Assembly: GCA_964016885.1 (NCBI GenBank)
Contig: OZ024743.1
Location: forward strand, 63,674,001 to 63,738,000
DNA: 64,000 nt
Origin: Eledone cirrhosa
Taxonomy: Eukaryota
Direction of reading: 5' to 3'
Part shown: in pieces, positions 11,039-23,330 of the stretch
Position numbering within the stretch: position 1 is the first letter of the stretch
Layout of the letters: every line of letters starts with the position of its first letter
The notes under the pieces: model-generated
Seen by the model: only the letters and a program-made list of their open reading frames with translations
The model's database searches: none
What the model was told of the DNA's origin: nothing
Made by a program: the position numbers and the translations under genes

Positions 11039-11331
11039 TATCATCATCACTTTTACATCCTCTTTTCCATGCCTGCTTGAGATGGATGGGTCCTTCTCAA
11101 CCCAGCATCCCTACACTCATCACATTCCTTTGGAATCTCATATATATATAAAGTTTGTATAGTGGGTTGTGTAGTTTTTTTGTAGCACATGCAGTTCAAG
11201 GCAAGGTAAAGAAGAGTAATATAGGGAGCTGAGAGGGAAAAGATGTCAGAGTGACCTGGACTCATGGAAGCACCTATACATTTACTCCAACAAGTAACGG
11301 ATCTGCCAAGCCAGAAATAATATAGAATAAT

Positions 11332-11371
11332 ATAGTCTGATGAAGGATTATAATCCGAAAGCACTCACTAT
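11332..11371 (+). ncRNA. Minimal type I hammerhead ribozyme motif
   Basis: ATAGT-CTGATGA-A-GGAT(TATA)ATCC-GAAA-G(CA)C-TC-ACTAT. Confidence 0.78.
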
Positions 11372-11849
11372 CGAGTGAACAATACATTCGAACTGTAGAA
11401 ATCAAGCCCAAATCAATTCTGTATGAACAAGACATGGTCATCTGACCTGGCTTGTTTCTCAATGGGACAACTTGTCTAACCCATGCTAGCATAGAAAAAT
11501 GAACAGTGATAATGATGAGGCTGATGATAGACTAACTGAATTACTTGGCATTCACAAATCATTACATTCATTTCATAAATAGAATCTTTATTTTCCTGTA
11601 AAATAACTTTTGTGAAATGTTTGATCTTCTATCAATTTTGGGTTGGGGAAATATGGTGGGGTGGGAGGAATTTTAGAGAAAATTATATACAATGAACTTT
11701 TTATATCAGAAAATACATAATAACTAAATGAAATAACTAAATTAATCTATGTAAACTAACAAACTAAAAATAATAATATTCATTAAGTTAGTCATAACGA
11801 GTTTGGCTTTTATACTTACCTCCCTTCTTCAATTCAGTATTTGTGCTAA

Positions 11850-12290
11850 CCTTTACCTATGAGTCATGAATCTTGAGTAATGACCGAAAGAATACAATCG
11901 CGAATACAAGCGGCAGAAATGGGGTTCCTCTGAAGGGTCTTTGGAGTAACGTTACTTGAGAGAGTGTGTAGCTCAGGGATCAGAGAATCACTCCAGGTAG
12001 ATCCGCTACTTCTCCAAATTGAAAGATCACAGCTCCAATATTACAAGCATGTGATTATAATATCTCAAGAAAGAATTGCTGGATAGATTAATGAGTAAAA
12101 TCAACCAGCAGGAGACCCAGGGATAGGTCCCAAGCAAGATGGTTGGATAATATCCATGAGCTGGGTTGATCTCGCTTGGGGATCCAGTCGGATCAATTGG
12201 AGATGGTTGCTTCTGACAGGACCCACTGGAAGGTGTGTTTGAGGACTCTGTCCCATGACCTTCCCAAGAATAAGTAGGCAAAGAAGAAGT
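11850..12290 (+). mobile_element. RTE family B 3' fragment
   Basis: LTYESxILSNDRKNTI / IQAAEMGFL-like frames, gaagaag tail. Homologous to 35500-35920 and 7400-7760(-). Confidence 0.75.
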
Positions 12291-13047
12291 TAGTCAAAAA
12301 CTTTAGTTAGTTAATTACTTAGTTTTCCTCTTTTAGTGAATTATCATTTTTTATGTATTTTTATGTGAAAAAAATTTAACTACCATTCCAATACTTACCC
12401 CACCCTAAATTTTTTACTCATCCTGGTAATATTCTTATACCCTTGTGAACGTTTTATGTCTTTAAAAATTATTGTAATTTTTAAAAATAACCCTCTCAGT
12501 GAAATGTTTGATCTGCTGTTCATTTTTTATTCTTCTCTTAAAACTTTTATGCCTGTATAAACTTTTTTTCTTCCCTTAAAAAATTTTTGTTTGATGTATA
12601 TTAGCCTGCTCTACAGTCAAATTTTAATATTCATAGAAAATGTTTATCTTTCCCTGTAAAATTTTGTCACACTTTATAACATTTTTGTTCTTGTCTGTTA
12701 ATTTTTTGTGTCCATGTAAAGTTTTTTGTTAGGAAAAAATTGTAGTTTTCAAAATTATAATTTCTCCCTGTAAAATTTTAGCATCATTTACTTGCTTTGC
12801 TTTTTCTGTGTTATTATTATTATTATTATTGAATGCTATGGTTGACGGAGGCTCGGCTTTGTAAGGTATTGTAAATTTTGACCGCTATAACAATTGTAAA
12901 TTGTTTAAAACTTTAACCAACTTGTAGACAAAAACACCCTCCTACTCGTGAGAGAGGTCTTTCTGCCCGTTATTTGGCCCTTCGGGGTTAAATAACCGCT
13001 TATTGGGGTTTTGTGCCCAATATTTATTTTAAACAAAAAAAAACAAC

Positions 13048-14502
13048 ATGGTTACGAAAAAGAATTTTCATAGGTCATTCCCACTCATTCCGTCTTCTTC
13101 TTCCTCAATCGTCACTACAGCAGAGAGAAGATTGTCTCTCTCCCTCCCTTCTTTAAATGTGTCTCTCTCCCTCCCTTCTCTTTCGCAAGCGACGACAGAA
13201 AAGAAAAATCTCGTGCAAAGCGTGCAAGATTTCTCCACGACGACAACGACGAAACAGGTGTGCGGGAAATACGAAAACCCATTTCATTCGTCTGACGTCA
13301 GGAATAATAGCAGTAGCAGCCGTATTAACAACAGCAACAGTGACAAGGAAAACAACAGTAACAGCCGCAACAGCATCAGCAGCAGCATAAACAACAACAG
13401 CATTAGCAGCAGCAACAACAACAACAACCACAGCAACAGCGGCGGCGGCAGTAGTCGTAGTACCTGCAGCAACAACAAAAGTAACAGCAGCTCTGTCGAC
13501 AACAGCAACAACAACAGCAGCAAAGAAAAACCAATCTCGTTTGCAGGTATCGCAAAGAACCTGGAAACCATCCTCATAACAAATGAGGAATTAGAGGAAG
13601 CGAAGAAGATGGTGACAAAAACTGGACACCGAGCAATCTGCAAGGCAGCCGAAAAATTTTTCGAAACCCAACAGCACTGTACGGTCACGTACCGAACAGT
13701 AAGTACAAAATCCCGTAGGGTTGAAAGAGCCACAGAGGCTCAAATACAAAAAGCCTTGGGGTCTGTGTGGCAGCGGAAAACGCACATCACCCGAGGCAAG
13801 AAATATGCCACCGTAGACGTGCTTTTTGCCACACCCCAGGAGGCAAAGGCTCAATCCTTAGTGACCCTAAGGAGCGAGGAAATGGTGTTGGTGCCCTCCT
13901 ACTGCGGGCAAAAAATTGTGACGGTCAAACTGACCCACGTCCCCCCCCCCCCCCCCGGGATGGCCCCTTCTTGGCTGGCCGCGTCTGTCCACGTCGGAAT
14001 CGAGGACAAAACAACTGTACTGCAAGTACAGAAAAAAGTAAGAGAAGATTGGGTCGGCACCTCCATTGAGATGTTAATCCAAACCAACCAGGAGTGCATC
14101 GAAGCTATCCCGGATGTGATAAACTTCGAAAACGGCACTCAACTGCCCATCAGTGTTGAGGGAAAACGCCCGAAATGCTTTCGCTGTGGATCGAAGACTC
14201 ACCTCAGGGCCTTCTGCAACGAGAAGACCCTGAGAAAGGAGAAAACCCCCCTCCTTCCGAAACCGGCTCCACGGCTACCAGCAACAGGACAAGCGGCAAC
14301 CAGGAACGATAGGTCCGTGGCACCCATACCCACGCCACGGAAATCAAAAACAGCAGCAGCAGTGGAAGTATTAAAAACAACAACAACATCAATACCAAAT
14401 GCAGCTGCAACAGAGACTCCAGTGCAAACATCACCAACAACAACAAGTGAAAGAGTGGAGCTGGTACCGCTCCCCGACCTCACAGAATCAGACATGGAGT
14501 AA
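13048..14502 (+). CDS. ORF1 (gag-like nucleic-acid-binding protein) of the Tx1-type LINE
   Basis: 484 aa with an N/S low-complexity tract, zinc knuckle CFRCGSKTHLRAFC and a Pro/Thr-rich tail. Probably continued past 14502 before frameshift damage. Confidence 0.8.
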   Translation: MVTKKNFHRSFPLIPSSSSSIVTTAERRLSLSLPSLNVSLSLPSLSQATTEKKNLVQSVQDFSTTTTTKQVCGKYENPFHSSDVRNNSSSSRINNSNSDKENNSNSRNSISSSINNNSISSSNNNNNHSNSGGGSSRSTCSNNKSNSSSVDNSNNNSSKEKPISFAGIAKNLETILITNEELEEAKKMVTKTGHRAICKAAEKFFETQQHCTVTYRTVSTKSRRVERATEAQIQKALGSVWQRKTHITRGKKYATVDVLFATPQEAKAQSLVTLRSEEMVLVPSYCGQKIVTVKLTHVPPPPPGMAPSWLAASVHVGIEDKTTVLQVQKKVREDWVGTSIEMLIQTNQECIEAIPDVINFENGTQLPISVEGKRPKCFRCGSKTHLRAFCNEKTLRKEKTPLLPKPAPRLPATGQAATRNDRSVAPIPTPRKSKTAAAVEVLKTTTTSIPNAAATETPVQTSPTTTSERVELVPLPDLTESDME

Positions 14503-15093
14503 GAAGGCACAAACGCAGAAGCAGCGCATCGTCGCCTTCGAAAAGGGAGGAAAGAAATGAAAAAAGGGTAAAGGCTACTGCAAAGAGACTCACAGCAGCA
14601 ACGCCACCAACACCATCACCACCCACACTAGCACCATCATCACCACCGGCGACAACCCCACCGCCAACAACAACACCTTCAACACCACCACCACAAGTAC
14701 CAACATCGCAAACACAACAACAAAACACACACACCCAGCAACAACGACAAGAAAATAGCAGAACCACTCCCCACCCCTAGAAAAACAAATGCACGGCAAT
14801 AAATACACACAACAAGAAACTAATGACTTACATAATTGAACACACAGACATTTCACAGCACGACTACATAATACCAGCACCAATCAAAACGCCAACTAAC
14901 ACAAGACTGCTAAAAATAGCACAGAAACAATACACAAACATTAAAACGAAATTCCCCAACGCAGTTGGTGATTTCAGAGACCTAGGAGGGACTCTCAATC
15001 GAAGAGTATATTCGGACATACTCACAGAAGAGCCGACGACCAGCCGAAGGGACGATTCAACGGTCCCTTCACCAGACGATCAAGTGAAAAGGG

Positions 15094-17808
15094 ATGGAAA
15101 ACCATCCCTCCTCTACGAAAAGTACGGTAAGTGGTCTTTCCCATCTTTTCCACTCTATTTTAAACATGACCTCACTCAGAATAGGCAGCATAAATGCGCG
15201 TGGCTTGGGGTCGTCATGGAAGCAGGGTCACCTGCTCAACGACCTCAGGTCACTAAACATAGATGTAGTGGCCATCAGCGAGACCAGAATCTCCGAAGCA
15301 CGGGCCTTCGCACCGATCTTCGGCGGCTACGATGTGTACGCATCTCCCAGCCGTCCTGGATCGGGGGGAGGAGTTGCTGTGCTTTTTCGGAGAGGTTTGG
15401 ATCTCGCCATACGGGCCATCTTCCTGGACCCAGAGGGTAAGTTGGTGGTGCTGGACGTGACCAGCGGAGACGGGCAAGCTTTCAGGCTAGTGGCCGTCTA
15501 TGCCCCAACAGGAGCAGGGCGGCCTGATTTCTTCCGGCGTCTGGAGACCTTTCTTGGAACGTCCCGCTCTTTAGTGTTAGTGGGCGACTGGAACGGGATC
15601 TTAGATGCACGCTGGGACTGTGTGGGATTAGCGGATAGGGGTGGAGGGTGCAAGAGCCTCACCAACCTGCTCAGGCGTTTTGAACTGTCTGACAGGTACC
15701 GATTGGATTTCCCGAATGTGCCAATGTGGACTTGGACAAATCGTATAGGGTCATCCAGATCATATCTAGATAGAGTATTTTGTAGGGAAATAGATAGGTC
15801 TAGCATAGGCTGTCCACAATTCAAGATAGTCAGCTACACGGACCACAAATTCGTGATCTGTGTGCTTGACTTAGATAGGCTTCATAGACGAGGACCAGGC
15901 TACTGGAAGCTAAACGCGTCCTTACCACCGCGCAAGGCCTACAGAGACCGGATTAGCGAACTAGTTAAGCGGGTGTTGATGGGGGCCATCGTCAACAACA
16001 AGTGGTGGTTTTCTCTGAAAAGAGCGATTAGAATAGAGTCCATTAGGTTTAGTAAGGCTTTAGCAATAGAGAAAAATAGAGCAGAGGGAGAACTAGTTAG
16101 AAAATTAGACGAGGCGCTTAGCAAAGTCATTGCGACCGACGTGCTTGCGGCGAAATTGGCCCTTGACCAATTCTTCAATGCAAAGCACAAAGGCTGCGTT
16201 GTCAGAGCAAGGGTGCGTGCTCTCAGACACGGGGGGACGAAAGCCGTTCAATGGGCAAGAGTGGCGGAGGTGCGTCGTGGCAACAAAGCCACGATCCGGT
16301 CTTTGGTGGACCACGACGGGCGCATGCTACTCGATCCCGGGAAAATGTGTGAAGCTTTTCAGCGACACTTCACTCAGCTGTTCGGGGGAAGCGGTGGGCC
16401 GGGTCGAGGGATGGACTTTAGTGTCTACCTCGACGGACTGCCGCGGCTCTCGGCTACTGAGGCGGAGTGTTGCAAAAAGCCGATAACAGCCGCTGAAGTA
16501 AGGGAGGCAATGACTGGCTGCACAAGGGGTAAATCGCCTGGTTTGGATGGTCTGCCCTATGAACTTTACGTACAGATGCCAGACTTGTTCGGAGGCCTCT
16601 TGGCGGACGTCTACTGCAACTGGCAACAGAACGGTAGAATTCCCAGTTCTGTGAGCCGAGGAGCGGTGGCGCTGCTGAGAAAGGATCCGAACAAGGGGGA
16701 TAACATAGATAATTTCAGGCCCATAACTCTGCTAAACACAGAGTTCAAGATTTTGGCCAAGGTGCTAGCAAAGAGGTTGGCGCTTGTCGTTGGTGGTCTG
16801 GTGGGAGAGGCGCAGACAACCTCCACCTCATGCGATACATCGTAGAGAGAGTAGCTAAGGAACCATGCACGGGTGGGTCCTTGATCAATTTAGATCAGTT
16901 GAAAGCTTTCGATAGGGTCGACCATCGTTACCTAGCGGCAGTCCTGAGGGCGGCTGGCTTTGGGCCCGTCTTCAGAGGCTGGATCGCTGCCATGCACAGC
17001 GACATCTGCTCTGTGGTGAGAGTGAACGGTCACCTTTCGGAACCGTTCAACATCATGCGCTCGATCCGTCAGGGATCTCCTCTCTCATCCTTGTTGTACA
17101 TATTGACTCTTGAGCCATTACTGCACAAACTGGAGACATTGAGGGGGATCCCACGTGAACTAGGATGCGGAAGAACAGTGTCAGCTTATGCAGACGACAT
17201 CACCGTAGTGGTGTCGAACACCAAGCACATTGAGGCAATTGGCACCACACTAAGAGAATACGAAGTAGTGACAGGAGCAATGATCAACCAGGAAAAATCA
17301 GTAGGCCTGCAACTCGGCACCTGGAGAGGCAGGTCCATGCCGCCCAACAGCATCATCGGGCGCTGGACGGACGGACTGGTTAAATTGCTAGGGGTCTGGT
17401 TCGGTCCGGACCTCCAGACGGACAAAAACTGGGGGGAGGTCACGAGCAAGGTGTTTTCTCGCACCCAGAAATGGGCCGAGAGGAAGCTATCCCTGAAAAG
17501 TCGAGCGGAGGTGGCGAATGCATACATTGCGTCCGTCATCTACTACCGCCTGACCGTTGTGCCTTGTCCTAAGCCTCGCCTGACTGCACTGGAGCATTTG
17601 CTCTTTCGCTTTTTGTGGAAGGGACGTGCTCTGATGGTCAGTCGGTCCATTTGCTGTCAAACCCTGCTACACGGAGGGCTGGGCATGCCGTGGCTGATGA
17701 TGCGCAGACATGCGCTCAGGCTATGGCATCTCCACCTCTTCCTCAACGGTGATCAGGTGTGGTCGCCCTTTGCTAGACACATGTTTCCCCAGCTTGTCTC
17801 CCTGGAAA
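15094..17808 (+). pseudogene. ORF2 (APE endonuclease + reverse transcriptase) of the Tx1-type LINE, with a frameshift/deletion near 16815-16830
   Basis: SINARGL, ISETR, VYAP, GDWN, SYLDR, TDH; KSPGLDGL, NFRPITLLN, DQLKAFDRVDH, RQGSPLS, AYADD, KLLGVWF, GGLGMP. Confidence 0.92.
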
Positions 17809-17809
17809 C

Positions 17810-18240
17810 TGAAGTTATTTATTTCACGTGTGCTCTTAGAGCTTACTTCTCTTGTGCATCTGCTGCATACAAAGTCTATCCTTTCCATTAGAATGCCTGC
17901 AATCACATTACATCTTTTGTGCATCTATAATTTACATTGTGTGCACCTTATGGAATTTCTGCCCACTTCTTTCTGACATATCAAACAACGCCATTTCCCT
18001 GATGGTATCACCCTCCTGTCTTCTTTCCTACTTATTAAGACTTTCATCTTCACTAAATTTACTTTTAGGCCTTTCAACTATAGTCTCTTTTTTAATGCTT
18101 GAAATTTTGCCTCTAACTCTCCTACAGATTCAACTATGCTGACTAGGTTGTCAGCATATAGGAGCTCCCATGGAGTACCAGTTTTAAAATCCTCAGTGAT
18201 GGCCTGAAGGATAATGATAAACAGAAGCGTACTGCTGGTC
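17810..18240 (-). mobile_element. RTE family A RT fragment with PHD insert
   Basis: FIIILQAITEDFKTGTPWELLYADNL...MHKRCNVIAG...FVCSRC. Confidence 0.85.
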
Positions 18241-18344
18241 ACTCCTTCCTCCAAAAGCCATACAAAACAGACATGTGCATCGGGCAGATGGATCGGGTGC
18301 AACTCTACACCAGGCCTACGCGAGAAATTCGCAAGGGATTGCAC

Positions 18345-18567
18345 CGAGAGGGATAGAGAGAAAGAGTAACTTAATAGAAAGAGTGCGAATGAACTTTTGA
18401 GGTAAGTAGCCTACACCTTACTGCTATGAAACTGGAACCTTCTGCCAACTTAACCTGTGACTTTCTCTTTCACATTTACTCCAATAGGCACTCACAAATA
18501 AACGTTTCTCATTGGAGGTGCTATTACCAATGTTCTTACCCGTGCAACGTTGGGATACACTGCTAGT
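18345..18567 (+). mobile_element. Possible non-autonomous Helitron 3' end
   Basis: cccgtgcaacgttggg sub-terminal imperfect hairpin followed by CTAG-T. Confidence 0.45.
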
Positions 18568-18591
18568 ATATATATTAAAATAACAGATTAA

Positions 18592-18642
18592 AGTTTAAGC
18601 GAAGAATCGCTGCTTTCACCCTTAACAGGATCTTCTGAAACT
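18592..18642 (-). ncRNA. Degenerate hammerhead motif
   Basis: AGTTT-CAGAAGA(U4 mutated)-TCCT(GTTA)AGGGT-GAAA-GC-AGCGA(TTCT)TCGCT-T-AAACT. Confidence 0.45.
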
Positions 18643-18825
18643 AAAAAAATCAATCTGTGAACGCAGAAGTAAATATTTCGAAAAACGTTACACACTATAT
18701 ATATATACACACATGCTATATATACATATATATACACACACACAGATAGTGTCATAATGTCGTAATGCAGACAGCCAGACATACAGACAGATATTATAAG
18801 GGCGCGACATTATAGCTGCCTAATG

Positions 18826-20120
18826 CGGCAGTTTTCCACTGTTCTGGAGTAGCACCGTTGTTCAGACAGAATTGAAAGAAGCGTGATGGCTGGTGCAGAA
18901 GGAAGTACCCACCACCTTTGAGAAGCAGGTACGTAACACCATCAAGACCAGGGGAGGCATGATTGCATTTATTTTTAAGGTGACGTCGCAGCATTCAGGT
19001 GTAAATTCCATGGTTGTAATAGAGTCCGGTGTCAGAAGTGGTGGAGATGGTACACTTTGGTCTTCAACAGTGAAAATGCCAGCATAGCATTCAGCAAGGA
19101 GTTCTGTGCATTCCTTGGGATCATCAGTAATCTGGCTTGTGTGGGGATTGTGAAGAGGACCAACTGGAGAGTGAGGCCTCTGTTTTGAGTGTACATACTT
19201 CCAGAACACCTTACTGTCAGGGTTGGTTGCTATGCGCTGCTCAAATTCAAGTACTGCCTTTTTTGTCACCTGCTTGAGATGGTTGGATGATTTATTTTTC
19301 TTTTTCCTATTGATATCTGATTTATGCAGTTTGTAATCACATTCAGCATTACAATGTTCTTTCCTGGCAAAACGAACTGCTGCAGTCTCCCAAATTGCAC
19401 TTTTGTGATGTTTTTCTACTTATGTGGCACCGATACTGCACATGCTGTCCATATTGAGTTCAGGATGTTCTGGAGTACAGTGTTGACATCTCCAGAGTCG
19501 TAGAACTCAAGCCAGTTTGAACGTTGCAGCTCGGTGCAGTAACAGTTCAAGTCTGCTTTATTCCAGTCAAAGTGAGTAGTTTGGAGATGGTTGTGGTTTT
19601 TATTACTGCCCATGAGCGACAGATTGGCAATGATCATAGCATGATCAGAGTCACCTAAAGGTTCCTCAGTAGTAACACTAATAACCATTTCAGAAGTACT
19701 GGTGAAGAGTAGATCCAAAGTGTTGTCACCTCTTGTTGGAGAGGTGGCTACTTGGAACCAGTTCGAGTCCAGCACTAGCTCAAGGAAATAATTTGCACTT
19801 TGCAGCCAATGAAAGGTTTTCCAGTCAATCTCAGGGTGATTGAAGTCCCCTGCAATAAAAACATAAGTGGCTGTTTTCCTGGCAGCAGCTCTGAGGATAT
19901 AACAAAATTGAGTGTTCTGATGGTAATTTGGGGGACGGTAAATGACTCCAAGTAGCAGTGTTGACATGGTCATACGTATATCGCAGAAAAATACTTCTTG
20001 CTGCAATTGGTTCAAATCAACACAGGGAATTGCTCAAAAATTTGAACGAATGTAGACCATTACACCACCACCACCATGATTAATGCGGTCTTTACGAAAC
20101 AAGTTGTAGCCACATAACAT
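18826..20120 (-). mobile_element. CR1-like LINE fragment (APE + N-terminal RT)
   Basis: GYNLFRKDR..GGGV, GVIYRPPN, GDFNHPEIDW, PTRGDNTLDLLFT, LGDSDH; KVFWKYV, SPGLDGV, PEQWKTA. Confidence 0.88.
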
Positions 20121-20953
20121 TTATTTTCAATTCTCTAATGCTAGCAATGCTGTGCATAAAGATTTATTATTTAAATAATTATGCCATCAACAAATGCACA
20201 GTATGTAAATTGAGGCTGGCCATTTCAGTAACATCCAAGTTTGTGTTTAACTATATCTCTCTTGGTAGACAGAAGGATAAATGTACTTATTCTCTGATAA
20301 ATGACTAAGTAGTTGTGAAGCATATAAAGGCAACTTCTTATGGTTTTTCTGAGTACAAAGTACTCACTGAAAATGAGGTTGACATTAGGAAGGTCATCCA
20401 GCTGTAGAAACCAAGTCAAAATCAGTTCTGTATGAGCAAGACATGGGCATCTAACCTAGCATTGCCACAACAGGACAACTCGTCTAACCTATGCTAGTGT
20501 GGAAAATGGATGTAAAACAGTGATGATGATAATGAAATAGTATAACATTAATTTTCACATTCATTTATATTATCACAATGAGACTTATAAACTGTGGTTA
20601 TATACCTACATTAAATTTATCTTAGATTACCAAATATTTGCTGATATGCTGTGTTCTGCATTGATACTTATACAAACACACACATATTCACACACACACA
20701 TGATAAAGGTGAAGATGAGTTCTCTAATGAATGCAGACTTGAAAATCAATGCTAACTTACAAGTTTTTGTCTGCAAATGATATGTGAACTCTTTCTGGGT
20801 ATTATATATATATATATATATATATATAAATGGAAAAGAATGAAACGAAATTTCATATCTCACTCTTAGTACGGCTGATACTTAAATGTAAGTATGTATA
20901 CGTACGTACATATATGTATACAGACATACAGTAGTATGTATATATATATACAT

Positions 20954-21019
<66 letters not shown>

Positions 21020-21114
21020 GAATGGGTTTACCGAACATTTATTATAATGTTCGGTTTGTTTGTAAACAAACAGCCCGAATTACGCCGTACAGACTTTTTG
21101 TTCAACACTGACAC

Positions 21115-21171
21115 AGGAATGATGTACTAGTTTCAAGCTTATTAGCTATCGTCAGCATCGTATACCTTCCT
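21115..21171 (-). ncRNA. Minimal type I hammerhead ribozyme in the PLE pseudo-LTR (sense to the ORF)
   Basis: AGGAA..GATG-CTGACGA-T-AGCT(AATA)AGCT-T-GAAA-CTAG-TA-CATC..TTCCT. Palindromic stem III ACUAGU. Confidence 0.85.
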
Positions 21172-21518
21172 GTCAGATGATTGAACGTTTGAAAGTATAT
21201 ACTTTCCTTATGCATATTAATGGCTAAGCACCCTAATTTGCATATCGAGTGAGTTAGTCGGCTGGGCGTACCGAAAACGATAAATAGAAAAGAAGGAAAC
21301 GAAATTTCATTTCTCAGTCTTAGTTCGGCTGATACTTTGTATCCCCAAGAAGATAAAGGAGTTTGCTATAGTGAATTAAAAAATTAGTGGACCAAAAACG
21401 TCATAGTAAGAATTAACTTTATAGAATGTACTGAAATATGCGAGAAAAAAGGGGTATAGTGTAATAAAGATATATATGTGTGAGAAAAAGTTTTCAATCT
21501 TAATTATGGAGTAAGATA

Positions 21519-23330
21519 TTAGCTGTATATTTTGTGAAATGACCTAAGCGATTTATGGATGCAAAGCGAAAATAAATCTGTGCGTCTATTTATTATAGAG
21601 TTAAAATTAGAGATAATGGTAAATTTTTCCGCTAGACATAAATTACAAGTTCTAGATGTGGAGGCGTTGGAATATGGAGAAGCATTGCATATTTTACACC
21701 AAGAAATTTTGTAATTAATGTTTTTGTCTTTTAAGGACCAGGTGAGTTCTGAGAGTGCAGTGTTTGTTCTTTTAAGTGGGTATTTAAAAGACGTAGAATG
21801 GTTATATAATCTTGCCTTAAAGGAAGTAGAAGTAGAGCCAATGTAGGTATAAGAATTGGTACTAGTTATTACATGACATTCGTATACTAAATTTTTATCG
21901 AGACAGTAATTATTAAGAAGACATTTAGTTCTATTAGGGCAATTGCATTTACGATTAATGTTATTAACAGAGTTATTTGCAAGTGGCCCAGAATTATTTA
22001 TAGAAGGAATTGTAGTGGAGAAATTAACTAAAGGAGATGCTAATGTTTCCTGATTTAGATTACTATTAGGAGCATTCATCAAAATTACGTCTGACGTCGT
22101 ATTTATATTTAAGTTATCTTGTCTAGGAGCATTCATCGAAATTACGTTTGACATCGTATTTATATTTAAGTTGTCTTGTCTAGAGTTTACATTGACGTCG
22201 GGCCTTATAGTATTATTACTATGACGCTCAGGGTTGGATGGATATGAGTTATTATTTAATATTTTAGTTTTATGTTTTGAGATAATGTTAGGAATGTTGG
22301 ATGTGGTGAAATAAGAGAATTTAATTGTACGCTTATTAAAGATCTTACTATAAATATGTGAAGGAGGGAAGCAATTATCTAACGCCCTAAAAAATAATTT
22401 AGGAATATTACTAATATTAGAAAGAGAAAAAGGAACGTTGTACCAAATAATATTTTTATATCTAGGTCTCTTCTTTAAGTTATTGGAGTGCTTATAACTA
22501 GCTATATTACTATAAGTTCTGCCATGATTGGTTTCATTAGTATATTTAATTCTGTCTGGATAACCAGCTCTGGATAGCGCATTATTGTAATAATTGGCTT
22601 TAGCGTCAAAGATAAGTTTATTAGAAGATAGATTAGAAATTCTTTTTTCAACATTTCTGACTATAGCAGTTTTAACATTAATAGGGTCGTTTGATTTAAA
22701 ATTTACATAATTTAGGTTCTCATTATCCTTATGGTATGGGTAATATAGGCCAGTGTCAAGATTAAGGGATATAGCTAGGAAGTTAGCTAATTTAACGTTG
22801 TTCTCAAATTCATTTTTTAGGTTAAGGTGCTTAAATAGATCAAGTATATTATTCTTGATAATATTAAGGTTTACTATGTTACAATTTAAGACAGTAAAAA
22901 GGGCATCGTCACGATAAATTCCATCGCGAAGTTGAGGAATTTTCCAATTTAAAGTGTTCAAAATGAAGATTCCAACCAAGTCCGTCAATTGCGCTAAATC
23001 CGACGAACCCATGGTGATGTCAAAATTGTTGGAAGTATCAGCTCTTGTCCAATATTCGTTGTTGAATTCCAGGATAGTTTTTCTTGCGGTGAGAATGATG
23101 TTCAATTCATCTGTAGTGATGTCCGAATATTTAAACGCATAAGAGAGAGCTTTGTTGATCAGTGAAGGAGAAATAGAAGAATAGTAACTGGCAATGTCAA
23201 ACTGAATAACTTTTTGTTTGTTTTTATTATTCAGGTCATTGAACCAGTCTATTACATCAGATGTACCCAACCATAAATTTAAATGAGAATTAGAACAGTT
23301 AGAGCGAACCTGTGGGGTAATTCTATCCAA
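21519..23330 (-). CDS. Penelope-like RT + GIY-YIG endonuclease polyprotein (N-terminus lost)
   Basis: VIDWF, QFDI, FDITMGS, GIYRDD, IIWYNVPFS, CNC...C...C, LVY...YIG..FKARLYNH, CNLCLAEK, INRRTDLFSLCIH. Confidence 0.9.
   Translation of the reverse strand: MDRITPQVRSNCSNSHLNLWLGTSDVIDWFNDLNNKNKQKVIQFDIASYYSSISPSLINKALSYAFKYSDITTDELNIILTARKTILEFNNEYWTRADTSNNFDITMGSSDLAQLTDLVGIFILNTLNWKIPQLRDGIYRDDALFTVLNCNIVNLNIIKNNILDLFKHLNLKNEFENNVKLANFLAISLNLDTGLYYPYHKDNENLNYVNFKSNDPINVKTAIVRNVEKRISNLSSNKLIFDAKANYYNNALSRAGYPDRIKYTNETNHGRTYSNIASYKHSNNLKKRPRYKNIIWYNVPFSLSNISNIPKLFFRALDNCFPPSHIYSKIFNKRTIKFSYFTTSNIPNIISKHKTKILNNNSYPSNPERHSNNTIRPDVNVNSRQDNLNINTMSNVISMNAPRQDNLNINTTSDVILMNAPNSNLNQETLASPLVNFSTTIPSINNSGPLANNSVNNINRKCNCPNRTKCLLNNYCLDKNLVYECHVITSTNSYTYIGSTSTSFKARLYNHSTSFKYPLKRTNTALSELTWSLKDKNINYKISWCKICNASPYSNASTSRTCNLCLAEKFTIISNFNSIINRRTDLFSLCIHKSLRSFHKIYS

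Larger units (their letters stand above)
12830..17808 (+). mobile_element. L1/Tx1-clade non-LTR retrotransposon with 5'UTR, ORF1 and ORF2; 3'-truncated by an RTE fragment
   Basis: ORF1 has a CCHC knuckle and ORF2 has APE + RT with L1/Tx1 signatures. GC content is clearly above the flanks. Preceded by (TTA)n. Confidence 0.92.

Noticed and set aside
21519-23330. Selenoprotein-type Naiad (in-frame UGA plus SECIS)
   Set aside because: The ORF is open with ordinary Cys codons at the C-terminal Cys motifs, and I could not identify a SECIS.
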